Source: an uncultured delta proteobacterium (lineage in GTDB: Bacteria; Myxococcota_A; Polyangia; Haliangiales; Haliangiaceae). Taken from it: a stretch of DNA of 64,000 bases. The stretch covers positions 64,001-128,000 of the forward strand of contig CAVUQH010000005.1 in NCBI GenBank assembly GCA_963743525.1, given 5' to 3'. Positions 15,193 through 41,684 of this stretch are shown here, piece by piece. How positions within the stretch are numbered: position 1 is the first letter of the stretch; every line of letters starts with the position of its first letter. The notes below the pieces were generated by a model, which had not been told where the DNA came from, did not search any database, and saw only the letters and a program-made list of their open reading frames with translations. Both the position numbers and the translations under genes were made by a program.

Positions 15193-16514
15193 GCCGCAAG
15201 GGACGCTGGTCGGCACGGGAGATCGCCCGCCGCGCCCTGCGCCGGGTCGAGTCGCAGGGCGTGTTCGCCAGTGCCGCCATCGACGCCGAGATCGAAGCCG
15301 CGCCCGACGTCGAACCGCGCGAGCGCGGGCTGGCCACCGAGCTGGTCTACGGCACGCTTCGCCATCGCGATCGCCTCGACCGCGCACTCGGCGCCCACGC
15401 GCCGCGCGGCATCGGCAAGCTGGCGCCGCAGATGCGCACCATCTTGCGCGTCGCCGCCTATCAGCTGCTGATGCTCGACCGCGTGCCCGACCACGCGGCG
15501 GTGGACGACGCGGTGCGCGCGGCGCGCAAGCTGGGCGGCAACCGGATGGCCGGCTTCGCCAACGCGGTACTGCGCAAGGTCGCCGACAGCGGCGAGCCAC
15601 CGCTGCCGCGGGCGAGCGACGATCCGATGGCCAGCGTCTGCGCCACCTACTCGTTGCCGCGGTGGATCGCCGAGCGGATCCGCGACCGGGTAGGCGAGGG
15701 CGAGCTGGTCGCCGCAGCGGCCGCGCTCAGCGCGGCGGCGCCGCTCTCGATCCGGGTAAACCCCCTGCGTTCCACTTTGGATCAGGTGATCCATCGTCTA
15801 TCAGTTGACTGTCCGGACGTCGAGGTGGAGCCCGCTCCAGCCTGTCCCAACGGACTGCTCGTGCGCGGCCTGGGCGCCCCCGAGCGCAGCCCGTCGTTCA
15901 TCGACGGCTGGTGGACGGTGCAGGATGCCGGCGCCCAGCGGGTGTCCCTGCTGGCGGCGCCGGCGGCGGGGATGCGCATCCTCGACGCCTGTGCCGGCGT
16001 CGGCGGCAAGAGCACGCACCTGGCCGAGCTGTCGGGCGACCAGGCCGACATCCTCGCGGTCGACCTCTCGGAGCGCAAGCTGCGCCGGGGCGCCGAGACC
16101 GCCGCCCGCCTGGGGCTGCAGTCGATTCACGGCCAGTGCGTGGACCTGCTCGATCCGACCGCCGATCAGCAGGTCGGCGGCGAGTTCGATCTGGTGGTCG
16201 TCGACGCACCGTGCAGCGGCCTCGGTGTGTTGCGCCGACACCCCGAGGCCAAGTGGCGCGTGCAGCCCGAAATGATCGCAGCCATGGCCGAGCTGCAGGG
16301 GCGAATGCTCGAGGCGCTGGTGTCGCGGGTGCGCCCGGGCGGCGCGCTGGTCTACGCCGTATGCACCTTCACCGAGGAAGAGGGGCCGGCGCAGATCGAG
16401 CGCCTGACCCGCCGCCACGGCGCGTTCCGGCTGGATGGACCGGTGCTGGCGACCTGGCCCCACCGCGACGACGCCGACGCCTTCTACGCCGCCAGGCTGG
16501 TCCGCGCCCCGTGA
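15189..16514 (+). CDS. rsmB: 16S rRNA m5C967 methyltransferase
   Basis: NusB-like N-terminus; VQDAGAQ, LDACAGVGGKS, VDAPCSGLG, LVYAVCT; GTGA overlap with fmt. Confidence 0.95.
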   Translation: MSRKGRWSAREIARRALRRVESQGVFASAAIDAEIEAAPDVEPRERGLATELVYGTLRHRDRLDRALGAHAPRGIGKLAPQMRTILRVAAYQLLMLDRVPDHAAVDDAVRAARKLGGNRMAGFANAVLRKVADSGEPPLPRASDDPMASVCATYSLPRWIAERIRDRVGEGELVAAAAALSAAAPLSIRVNPLRSTLDQVIHRLSVDCPDVEVEPAPACPNGLLVRGLGAPERSPSFIDGWWTVQDAGAQRVSLLAAPAAGMRILDACAGVGGKSTHLAELSGDQADILAVDLSERKLRRGAETAARLGLQSIHGQCVDLLDPTADQQVGGEFDLVVVDAPCSGLGVLRRHPEAKWRVQPEMIAAMAELQGRMLEALVSRVRPGGALVYAVCTFTEEEGPAQIERLTRRHGAFRLDGPVLATWPHRDDADAFYAARLVRAP

Positions 16515-16526
16515 TATACGTCGGGC

Positions 16527-17201
16527 GTGGCAGCTGAGCTAAAGATCGCACCGTCCATCCTGTCGGCCGACTTCGGCCGTCTGGCCGAGGAAGTGCGCGC
16601 GGTGACCGAGGCCGGCGCCGACTACATCCACGTTGACGTCATGGACGGGCATTTCGTCCCCAACCTGACCATCGGGCCGATGATGGTCGAGGTCGTGCGC
16701 CAGGCGACGGATCGGGTCGTCGACGTGCATCTGATGATCACCAACGCCGACGACTACCTCGAGCGGTACGTCGCTGCCGGCGCCGACATCCTGGCGGTGC
16801 ACGCCGAGGCGTGCACGCACTTGCACCGCACGCTGCAGCGGATCAAGGGCCTCGGCGCCCGTACCTGCGTGGCGCTCAATCCGGCCACGCCGGCGGTCGT
16901 CCTCGACTACGTCCTCGAGCTGTGCGACATGGTGCTGGTGATGAGCGTCAACCCCGGGTTCGGCGGGCAGTCGTTCATCGAAGCGGTGTTGCCCAAGATT
17001 GAGGAGGTGCGCGGGACCGCGGTCCGCCGCGGACTGGACCTCGACATCGAGGTCGACGGCGGCATCAAGACCGACAACGTCGATCGCGTGGTCGCCGCCG
17101 GCGCCAACGTCATCGTCTCCGGCAGCGGCATCTTCAAGACGCCGGACTACGCCGAGACCATCGCGACCATGCGGTCGCGGGCGCTGTCGGTTCCAGCGTA
17201 G
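16527..17201 (+). CDS. rpe: Ribulose-phosphate 3-epimerase
   Basis: IAPSILSADF, HVDVMDGHFVPN, MSVNPGFGGQ, IEVDGG. Confidence 0.98.
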   Translation: MAAELKIAPSILSADFGRLAEEVRAVTEAGADYIHVDVMDGHFVPNLTIGPMMVEVVRQATDRVVDVHLMITNADDYLERYVAAGADILAVHAEACTHLHRTLQRIKGLGARTCVALNPATPAVVLDYVLELCDMVLVMSVNPGFGGQSFIEAVLPKIEEVRGTAVRRGLDLDIEVDGGIKTDNVDRVVAAGANVIVSGSGIFKTPDYAETIATMRSRALSVPA

Positions 17202-17205
17202 CCGC

Positions 17206-17802
<597 letters not shown>

Positions 17803-17825
17803 CGACGGACTTCCTTCACCCAACC

Positions 17826-17903
<78 letters not shown>

Positions 17904-17959
17904 GATATTTGAGGTCCTACCACTTATCCCCACACGGCGGATCTGTCAACAGCGAAATA

Positions 17960-18538
17960 TTACCATCTGACCGCAGGGAGGCTCACTTTCACGCCGATCT
18001 CCACGAAGCTGCCGGCGTCGCGCACCGCTCCGACCCGCAAATAGGGCAGCACGCCGGCGTAGAGCCACAAAGAGCCCTGGACCCCGACGCGGGGAGGGAT
18101 CTGCTCATCGACCTCCAGCGTCGGTCCGGCGGCGACGCCCACCACCACCCCGAGCAGCCGCCCGGTGCCGACCATGCCCTCCAGCCAGAGCCGGCCGGCG
18201 CTGCGCATGCCGAACCGAGCGCCCCCCAGGTTGAGGGCCACGGCCGCCACGGCCCGGTGCTCGGTGACCCGGGCCACGGTCAGCTCGCCACCAAACACGC
18301 CGTCCCAACCCTCGGGATCATGGACGACCGCGGCGACGGGGCCGAGCGCCAGGTAGATCCCGTCGAGGTTCGCGGTCGAGCGGAGTGGCTGCGCGCTGGC
18401 CCCGGTCTGGCCCAGTACGATCGTTGCGCAGGTCGCCAGGAGCCCGATAATCCAGCGGGAAACCTGGGACTCGAGGCCCCGGAACCGCTCGAGCGATGCG
18501 GGCCGGGAAATGCCTAAGCGAGCGGAATCCCATGGCAT
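17960..18538 (-). CDS. Hypothetical exported protein, possibly a small beta-barrel; start uncertain
   Basis: Signal-like WIIGLLATCATIVLGQTGASAQ; amphipathic beta segments; ends VEIGVKVSLPAVRW. Confidence 0.55.
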   Translation of the reverse strand: MPWDSARLGISRPASLERFRGLESQVSRWIIGLLATCATIVLGQTGASAQPLRSTANLDGIYLALGPVAAVVHDPEGWDGVFGGELTVARVTEHRAVAAVALNLGGARFGMRSAGRLWLEGMVGTGRLLGVVVGVAAGPTLEVDEQIPPRVGVQGSLWLYAGVLPYLRVGAVRDAGSFVEIGVKVSLPAVRW

Positions 18539-18655
18539 GCCCTGAGGTATACTCGTGGGCACGCCGCTTGCGTCGTAGACCGGCCGGTGAAGTCTGTCTC
18601 GCTGGCGAGCACGCACGGAGAAGAGCTCGACCTTGTCGTCGGAGAAGGCCGCGAA

Positions 18656-20839
<2,184 letters not shown>

Positions 20840-20852
20840 GATCGCTCAGGCG

Positions 20853-23197
<2,345 letters not shown>

Positions 23198-23207
<10 letters not shown>

Positions 23208-24898
23208 CCCGCTGGCTGCTGGCCCTGTTGGTGGCGTCGGCGGCGTGGCCGGCGGCGGCCCGCGCGCAGGAGGACCAGGGGCAGGACCGCTTCTTCGCCG
23301 ACAAGGCGGAGGACGAGGACGCGCCCGAGGACGCGACCCTGTTCCAGGGCAGCCTGACGTCAACCAGCTTCTACTACCGCGAGACCGCACCGATCGCCGC
23401 GGCGCTGAGCGGCGGCACGATCGGCGTCGAGAACGCCAGCAAGCTCGATCGGCTGTTCACCGAGCTGCGCGCACGCCTCGACGCTCGCCACATCTCTGGC
23501 AGCGCGTACGATTTCCACGCCGACGCCCGGGCGCGGATCACGCCCGAGCAGAAGTTCGCCGACGACTATGACCCGGCGACGGACTGGGGCACCCAGGTCG
23601 GCGTCTACGGCCACAACGAGTACGACATCCGCGAGCTGTACCTGCGCCGCTACGGCGTGCGCACCGACCTGACGTTCGGCCGCCAGTACGTGCCCGAGCT
23701 GGCGACGGTCAAGATCGACGGCGTCCGCTTCACCTACAGCAAGACCGACGTGTGGAACGTGGTCGGCTTCGCCGGCTTCTATCCCAACCGGGCCTCGCGC
23801 TCGGTGGTCAACGACTATCCCAAGGCGGCGCCGGAGATGGCCGGCGGGCCGCCGGGCAAGCGGATCATGCCGGTGGCCGGCGGCCTGGGCGGCGCCTATC
23901 GGATGGAGAAGATGTACGGCAGCCTGGGCGCCGTCGCCATCATGCCGCTGGCCAAGGAGCAGCTGCCGGGCGGACCGCGCGACGAGCAGCCGCGGGTGTT
24001 CGTCACCGCGCAGGGCTACTGGCGGCGGTCGTCCAAGCTCGACATCTACCACTTCGTCGTCCTCGACCTGTACGGCTCCAACGCCACCGACCGCGGCGAG
24101 CTGCAGGGGACCATCGCCAAGATCCCGCTGACCAACTTCAGCGTGGGCGTGAACTACAAGCCCAACACCAACCTGCGGGTCAACCTGGCGGTCAACCGCG
24201 TCAACACCGAGACCCTCAACGTGGTCGCCCAGACCAAGCTGTCGGACCCCGGCGCCACCCCGCTGAACATCGTGCAGAACAACATCGAGGTTCAGCGCAT
24301 GTCGCAGCAGTCGGCGCGCCTGGGCGTGAGCTCGGCGTTCAAGCAACAGCGCTTCGAGCTGTCGGCCAGCGCGCTGGCCCGGGCGCGGCCGGAGATCAAC
24401 ATCACCACCGCCGACGGTGCGACGGATCTGACGATCCCCGCCGCCGAGGCGCTGGAGCTGACCCTGCAGGCCACCGACCGCCGGTCGTACAAGGGCCACC
24501 GGATCAGCGGCCAGTACACGGCCATCCTCGGCCGCGGCAACACCAACCTCTACCGCACCGACGCCAACGTGATCCGGCTCGACGCCTCGCGCGAGATCAA
24601 GGACGGCATGGGCGAGTACGACCTCAACCTCGGCTACATCGCCAGCACGGACGAGAACCGGGGCCAGGTGTGCAACGGCGCAGTGACGGACGCCTTCACC
24701 AACTGCTTCGGCACCAGCAAGATCAACACGATCTCGCTGAGCGGGCTGCTGTTCTATCGCCCGGCCGTCAACTGGTTCGTGGTCGTGAGCGCCAGCGCCG
24801 CCAGCCAGGGGATCACCATCCTCGACGCCGGCACCGCGGTCAAGCAGCCGCGCATCCTGATGCTCACCGGCTTCCTGCGCATCGCCCGCCGCTTCTAG
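23198..24898 (+). CDS. Putative outer-membrane beta-barrel (porin-like) protein
   Basis: Signal peptide ending ARA-Q; ELYLRR..DLTFGRQY..IDGV pattern; alternating beta strands; terminal Phe (GFLRIARRF); overlaps the cytochrome stop. Confidence 0.75.
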
Positions 24899-24973
24899 CG
24901 TCTGTCGCCGTCTTACGCGACAGGGGGCCTTCCCGGATGGCCGAGCGCGATTCGCCTGGCTATAGTCCGCGCG

Positions 24974-25652
24974 ATGAGTCTGGAGTGGCCACCGGATGAG
25001 CCCAAGTGGATCGACGTGCGGTCGATGCTGGAAAACGGCGGGGCGCGTTATGGCGGCGGGCGCGACTTCGTCGTCTGCGATCGGCCGCCGTCGCGGACGC
25101 TGGCGGTGGTCGGCCGTCCGCCCGAGTCGCTGGTGATGCGCGGGATCGGCGCGACGGCCGATCGGTTCGAGGTGCTTGGCCAGGAGGAGAACGTCAACTA
25201 CGTGCGCGAGCTGTTCCCCGACCGCACGCCCGAGGCGCTGGAGATGTACGCGCTGGTCGAAGAGCCGGCGCCGCCTCCGCGCCGCAGCCCCAAGGTTCGG
25301 CTGCTCGCCGGCACCGACCCGCTGGATCACCTGCCGGCCTCGCTCGAGCGGGAGATGATCTGGGCGCGGGCGCAGTTCCGGGTCTGGTCGGTCTTCGACG
25401 GTCGCCGCCCGGTCTCGTTCGCCTACGCCCACCGGTCAACCCGGACCTACGCCGATACCTCGATCGACACGGTGGCGGAGTACCGGCGCCGGGGCTACGC
25501 CCGGGCCGCCTGCCTGCACCTGTTCGCGGACGTCAGGGAGCGCGGCCTGTGGCCGACCTGGGGCGCCTACGCGTCCAACGACGCGTCCAGGGCGCTGGCG
25601 GCCAAGCTCGGCTTCCAGCCGGCCGGGCGCATCTACGGCTTCAAAGCGCCGG

Positions 25653-25663
<11 letters not shown>
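24974..25663 (+). CDS. GNAT-family N-acetyltransferase
   Basis: [13 protein letters not shown] acetyl-CoA motif; [13 protein letters not shown]. Confidence 0.85.
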
Positions 25664-31371
<5,708 letters not shown>

Positions 31372-31382
31372 GGCGCCGGTTC

Positions 31383-32393
<1,011 letters not shown>

Positions 32394-32479
32394 GTCGTCA
32401 TCCACATCTTTCGAGACACCAGCGGCGGCGCGTAGGTTTCCGCGCGGCCGCATTCCCGGCGCAAAGTTCGCCTCTGCGC

Positions 32480-34682
32480 TCAGTCCATCGGGTGCGGCTT
32501 GATCTTCTGGAAGTACCGCTTGACGTAGTACTTGTAGCCGCTGGGCACCTTCTCGGTCTGCATCACCTCTTCGACGATCGCCTTGTAGGCGGCGTAGACC
32601 TGCTGGTACGAGCGGGTCGCGAAGCCCTTTTGCGCCGCCGACAGAATGGTCTCGCGCTTGGACGGCCCGCGGCCCTGCTGGCCCGACACCGACTCGTCCT
32701 TGGTGTGGCCGCCCTTGGCCGTCGGATCGCCCATCAGGTTGGGATCGTGGTCGTCGCCCCACTGGTCGCCACCCGGCTTCTGGCCCTTGCCACCCGGCTT
32801 CTGCCCGTTCTGGCCCAGGCCCTTGCCGGTTTGACCCGGTTTCCACGCGCCCCGTTGCCCCTGCTGGCCGCGGGCGCGGCGGCCGAAGTCGCGGTTCTTG
32901 CGGTTCTTGCCGAACAGATCCTTGGGCCCGCGGCTGCCCTGGCGCTTGGCCCGGCGCATCGCCTCGCGCAGGTCGGTCAGCTGCGAGGCGACCTTCTTCT
33001 GCGTCTTGATCTTGCGCTTGTCAGAATCGACCTTGCCGGTGTTGCGGGCCATGTCGCGCATGCGCTGCGACGCCTGCCGCTGCTGCTTCTGCTCGTTGCT
33101 GCGCATGTCCTTGGCCGCCTGTTTCATGTTGCGCTGTAGCTGCTTGAGCTGGCGCTGCGACGCGGACTTCTGCTGCTGTTCCTTCTTGCGCTGCAGCTTC
33201 TGCAGCTCGCGCTTGTGCTGCTCGAGCCGGCGCGACAGCTTCTGTCGCTGCTCCGGGTTCTTCTCTTGATCCAGCTTGCGGCGCAGCTTCTTCATCGCCT
33301 GCTGCTGCTTCTGGATCTCCTTGTCAACATCCTGCTCGCGCTTTTGCATGCGCTTCTGCAGCTTGTCGGACGCCTTCTCCAGCGCCTTGGCCAGCTGCTT
33401 GCGCTGGTTCTCGGGCATGTCGCCCGTCTCCAGCTTCTTGGCCAGCTCCTCCATCTGCTTCTGCGCCTGCTCGAGGTCGCCCTTCTCCAGCGACTTGCCC
33501 AGCTCCTTGGTCATGGGGTTCTGCTTCAGCTCTTTGCCCATGTCCTGGAGGTCGGCCAGCGACTCTTCCATGTGGTTGTCGGCGTTCTCCTGGTACTTCT
33601 CCTCGGCCTTGCGCATGGCCTCCAGGAGCTCTTCCTTGCTGATCTCGCCCTTCTTGGCCTTGGCCAGGATGTCGTTCACCTCTTTGACGAACTCCATCAG
33701 GCTCTGGTCGTGGTCCTTTTCGGCGGTCCGCTCGAGATCGTCGAGCAGGTCGCTGATGTAGTTGAACGTCGTCGCTGTCCATGTCGACCGGGTCTTCGAG
33801 GATCCGGGTCTTGATGTCGATGTCGAGGCTGCACTCCTTGTCGGTGCAGTGGAGCACGTGGTTGGGCCCGTCACCCTTGGCTCGGGGCAGGATGCTGAAC
33901 GCCGGGATCACCGGACCCGTGGCACACGGCATGGTGTGGTCGGGCAGATCGCACAGCTCCGGGTTGGGCTCGTAGGTGACGCGGAACGGGCCGCGGTGGA
34001 GCTCCTGCTTCCACTCGAAGGCGCCGCTCTGGCCCAGCTCGATGCGGGTCGTGGTGTTGGTGAAGGTGTTCTCGAACAGCAGCGTGCCGCGCATCGCCTG
34101 CTCGTCGGGCAGCTGCTTGCCGTCCAGGGTGACGTGGCCGCCCGTGGGCAGGAAACGCAGCTCGTCGTCGTGCGGCCACCAGAGCAGGGCCACCACCAGG
34201 GCGACGGCGCCGAACGCGACCGCGGCGCGGGTGTCGGTGGGGACGCGGAACGGCGTGGCCGCGGCGACGTCGGCGCGCTGAACGGCGAGGGTGCCGTCGC
34301 GCACCGCCGCCTCCATCATCGCGCGGGTCTCGGGATCGTGAGTGATCGGGCTGTCCGCGGCCAGCAGGCGCTCGAACTCGTAGGCGGTGCCCAGGCAATC
34401 CGACAGCCCCGAGGCCCGGTCAACGCGGGTGGCCACCAGGGCCGCGCGGAAGCGGCGGGCGCCGCCGAGGATTGCGCCCAAGAGGATTACCCCGCCGGAA
34501 GCCGCGAGGAGCGCGATCCCGGTCCCCTCGCTGATCCAGCGCATCCGGACCACGAAGACCACGGTCATGGCGGCGGCGAACGCCGCCACTGCCGCCAGAG
34601 TCGCTGCCTCCAGGGCCGCTTGCACCTTGAGGCGCCGCCGGGCCCGAGCGATTGTGGAGTGAATTCCGGAGGTGTCGATCAT
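32480..34682 (-). CDS. Membrane protein with long Gln/Lys-rich coiled coil (DUF4175-like), first gene of the MoxR operon; +1 frameshift at ~33765
   Basis: N-terminal TMs, VDRASGLSD.LGTAYEF, coiled coil, C-terminal VPSGYKYYVKRYFQKI; ORFs 33324..34757 and 32480..33874 join. Confidence 0.75.
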
Positions 34683-34925
34683 GTAGGAGGCCTCGCTACA
34701 TGAGCGAGCCGCGGGGGTATGAACGAGTGTAGCAAACTTATCGAACGCGCCAGCCAAGCTGCAGATCTACGCGTTTCCCCCACAACGGGGGGCCAGGCGC
34801 GTTGATTCCCGCGGGCGATCGCCTCCTCTATCGGCGCGGCGATGCAGTCGGTTGCGCCCGAAACGCAGGCAGCCGCGCCCGGGGTGGGGCGCGGCTGTTG
34901 CCAGGGGGGAGAGCTGGCGATCCGG

Positions 34926-35423
34926 CTAGTCGCAGCTGTCGAAGATCCAGTGGTCGCAGACGCAGACGCCGCTGCTGTCGCAGGTGCAGTCGACGCCCTG
35001 GTAGAGGGCATTGCAGCCGGGGGTGACCACGCAGATGGCTTCGTTGGTGATGTCGCTGCAGCGGAACGCCGGGCCGGCGTCCGAGGGCGGCCAGCTGCCG
35101 GCGTCGGGGAAGGGCCCGGGACCTCCGTCGCTCGGGGGCCAGATGCCGGCGTCGGGGAAGGGCGCAGAGCCTCCGTCGCGCGGGGGCCAGCTGCCGGCGT
35201 CGGGGAAGGGCGCAGAGCCTCCGTCGCGCGGGGGCCAGCTGCCGGCGTCGGGGAATAGGGCCGAGCCGCCGTCGACGCCCCAGTTCCAGCCGGCGTCGGG
35301 AACCTCTGGCGGCCACGGCTCGCCACCACTGCCACCGCCGTCTTCGTAGATGGTGCAAGCGGTGAGGGCGAAGGCCAGGAGCGAGACAGACAGGAGACCA
35401 GGGAGGAAGGTGCGGGGAGTCAT
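34926..35423 (-). CDS. Small lipoprotein with 16-aa tandem repeats and Cys-rich C-terminus
   Basis: Lipobox LTA-C; PFPDAGSWPPRDGGSA repeats; C-terminal domain with 8 Cys. Confidence 0.75.
   Translation of the reverse strand: MTPRTFLPGLLSVSLLAFALTACTIYEDGGGSGGEPWPPEVPDAGWNWGVDGGSALFPDAGSWPPRDGGSAPFPDAGSWPPRDGGSAPFPDAGIWPPSDGGPGPFPDAGSWPPSDAGPAFRCSDITNEAICVVTPGCNALYQGVDCTCDSSGVCVCDHWIFDSCD
35068..35307 (-). repeat. 48-bp coding tandem repeat, about 5 copies
   Basis: Recurrent CAGCTGCCGGCGTCGGGGAA core spaced 48 nt apart; boundaries approximate. Confidence 0.85.
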
Positions 35424-35465
35424 CACCCGGTAGTGCCCCGACGGGCGCAGAGTGATCACTGACGA

Positions 35466-35677
35466 CTACGGCGCGTCGCTGGCGGGCTGGGCGTCGGGCA
35501 CGACCAGGCCGGTGTCGGGGAGGCCGCCGCCGTCGAGCGGGGGCGCAATGTCAGCGTCGGGGACCGGGGCTGTGCCGCCGTCGGTGGCGCCGAGAGGCCC
35601 GAGCTCGACGTCGACGGTGCAGGCGAGGACGCTCGTGGCAACCAGTAGCGCGGCGACGATGGCGACGAGCAGGGCCT

Positions 35678-35681
<4 letters not shown>
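35466..35681 (-). CDS. Small lipoprotein (71 aa)
   Basis: GTG start overlapping the upstream stop; KALLVAIVAALLVATSVLA-C lipobox; PD(A/G)-rich tail. Confidence 0.65.
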
Positions 35682-36474
<793 letters not shown>

Positions 36475-36478
<4 letters not shown>

Positions 36479-37092
36479 TGCTGCCCTCCCTCGCGCTCGG
36501 ACCACAGGGAAACGAACTTCTCCCGCGCCAGCCGGCGGCGCGAGCGCACGGTGTTGACCGGCACGCCGAGGATCGCGGCGGCCTCCGACGGCGCCAGCTC
36601 CTCGACGTCGCACAGGACCAGGACGTCGCGGAGCTTGGGGCTCATCTGCTCGAGCACGGCGCGGGCTGCGGCCGCTTCTTCGGCCGCGGCGGTCTGTCGC
36701 TCGGGCGTGGCCACCGGGGCGCGGGCCGCGCGGTCGGTCTCGCGCAGCAGCCAGCGCTTGGCCTGGCGCACCTTGCGCCAGCGGCGGTGCGAGGCGACCA
36801 CGCGGACGGCGATGCCGCGCAGCCACGCGCCGGGGTCGCGCAGCTCACCGGCGTGGGGCAGGCGGCGGATGGCGATGACGAAGGTGCGCTGAACCAGGTC
36901 CTCGGCCTCGCCCGGATCGACGCCGTAGCGGACGACCAGGCGGTAGACGCGGCGGTGCTGGGTTTCGAACAGCTGCCGCCAGGCGCGTTCGCGCTCCGCC
37001 CGGTCGCCGGCGGACAGGGCCGCTATCGACTCGCCGGGCATCTCCGTGGCGGCGTACCTCACCTCTCTGGTAGTGCCCCGTCCCGCCGCCAT
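36475..37092 (-). CDS. ECF sigma-70 factor; start uncertain
   Basis: AEDLVQRTF, AWLRGIA (region 2); VLVLCDVEEL..EAAAILGVPVNTVRSR (region 4). Confidence 0.93.
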
Positions 37093-37095
37093 CGA

Positions 37096-38076
37096 TCACC
37101 AGTCCGTGTCGATTTGTACGCCCAGGTTCGCCGACAGGCTGGCCCGGGCCGAGGTCGCCACCAGGTCGCCCTGATAGAGGTAGCGGTCGGTGACCGGGTA
37201 GAGGTTGCCGGCCAGCTCCAGGCGCAGCGCCACCCGGCGGGCGACAGACACCCCGCCGACCAGCGAGCCGCTCACCGCCGGCTGGGTGCGCACCACGGTC
37301 GGCATGGTCGCCAGGCCGTCGCCGTGAATGGTGGTGGCCACCAGCGCGGCGCCGGCGCCAGGTCGCAGCCAGGCGCTGCGGCGGCGCAGCTCGGTGAACA
37401 GCTCGAGGCGCGCCGACAGCGACGACCACTGGATCGGTGTGCCGGTGTCGAAGCCGCCGGTGCGAGCGACCGACAGGCGAACGCCGTGGCCGCGGCGGTT
37501 GGCCACGGCGACGCCGGCGCCGAGGCCGCTGGCCGCCGACGGACCGACGCCGGTGTCGAGGCCGGCGGACAGCGACGCCGAGACCAGGTAGTCGGCGGGT
37601 GTGGCCGGCGGTGTCGTCGGCGCGGTTTGCGCGGGGCTCTCCGGTGGTGGCGGGCGCAGGCGCCGTGGCGGTCGCTGCTCCTCCGCAGGCGATGGCGCAG
37701 GCGATGGCGCAGGCGAGCGCGCAGGCGATCGCGCAGGCAGCTCGACAGTCGCCTCGGCCAGCCGCATCGACGCGATCACGGCGAAGGCATCGGCGATCGC
37801 GTCGCAGTCGGTGCTGGTCGTGGACCGCTGCGCCAGCGGCTCACCGCCGGCCTTCGACAGCGCCATCGCTGCGCCGCCGTTCGTGGCGCTGACGCGCAGG
37901 ACGAACCGCGCGGTCGCGTCGACCGCCAGTCCCTCGGCACCCAGGGCGCGCTCCATCGCGGCGCGATCCGGACAACTGCCGTCGACCTCGAGCGCGACCG
38001 CCTTCGGTTGCGCGGCGGCAGCGCCACCGGTCGCCGCCAGCAGCGCGAGCGCAACCAGCGGGCGGGGGGCAGCCAT
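37096..38076 (-). CDS. Exported protein with Pro-rich linker and beta-strand-rich C-terminal domain
   Basis: Signal peptide; CP...C pair; amphipathic beta segments; ends LGVQIDTDW. Confidence 0.7.
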   Translation of the reverse strand: MAAPRPLVALALLAATGGAAAAQPKAVALEVDGSCPDRAAMERALGAEGLAVDATARFVLRVSATNGGAAMALSKAGGEPLAQRSTTSTDCDAIADAFAVIASMRLAEATVELPARSPARSPAPSPAPSPAEEQRPPRRLRPPPPESPAQTAPTTPPATPADYLVSASLSAGLDTGVGPSAASGLGAGVAVANRRGHGVRLSVARTGGFDTGTPIQWSSLSARLELFTELRRRSAWLRPGAGAALVATTIHGDGLATMPTVVRTQPAVSGSLVGGVSVARRVALRLELAGNLYPVTDRYLYQGDLVATSARASLSANLGVQIDTDW

Positions 38077-38085
38077 GCCCGTACT

Positions 38086-40907
<2,822 letters not shown>

Positions 40908-40920
40908 GACCGACGCAGGC

Positions 40921-41078
40921 TAGACCAGGGATGCCCCCCTCGCAAGAGGGATTCCGCACACATGGGGTGGGATCGGCGCCACCGCGGCCGCTCGGGGTGG
41001 GGTTCCCGTTTGGGTGTGAACCCCACCCCGAGCGGCCGCTATGGCGGGGGCCCGGGGGGGCGTGGTGTCCTTGGTCTA
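40921..41078. other. Structured intergenic element with terminal inverted repeats and nested hairpins (MITE/REP/ncRNA candidate)
   Basis: TAGACCAGGGA...TCCTTGGTCTA ends; perfect 22-bp inverted repeat 40984-41005/41018-41039; CCCTC-GCAA-GAGGG hairpin 40937-40950. Confidence 0.65.
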
Positions 41079-41093
41079 CGGGAGAGCGATGTC

Positions 41094-41347
<254 letters not shown>

Positions 41348-41684
41348 TCATGTGAATCGGTGCACCTGGTCTTGGTCGTGCTGAGCGCGGTGAGCGCGCT
41401 TGCCGCGCTCACCGTTGTCGAAGCGCACGCCACGTGCGGCGTGGAGATCCTTTTCGGCGGACGTGTCGTTCAATTTTTCTTTCACCTTTTTCGATCGCGG
41501 CTTGACCGGGTTTCGGCGCAAACCGACAACCGGCTCGCGATCGATCGGCAGCGCGGCTCGGTTGCGACGTGCGCGGTTGGTGCGCGGCGCGGGTCGAATT
41601 TTGTCTCGGCGGGTCGAGTTCTCGGCGCAGCGGGGCGCTCCGCGGCTGATCCGAGCGGCCGGAAAACGCGTGCTACGAAGGTGT

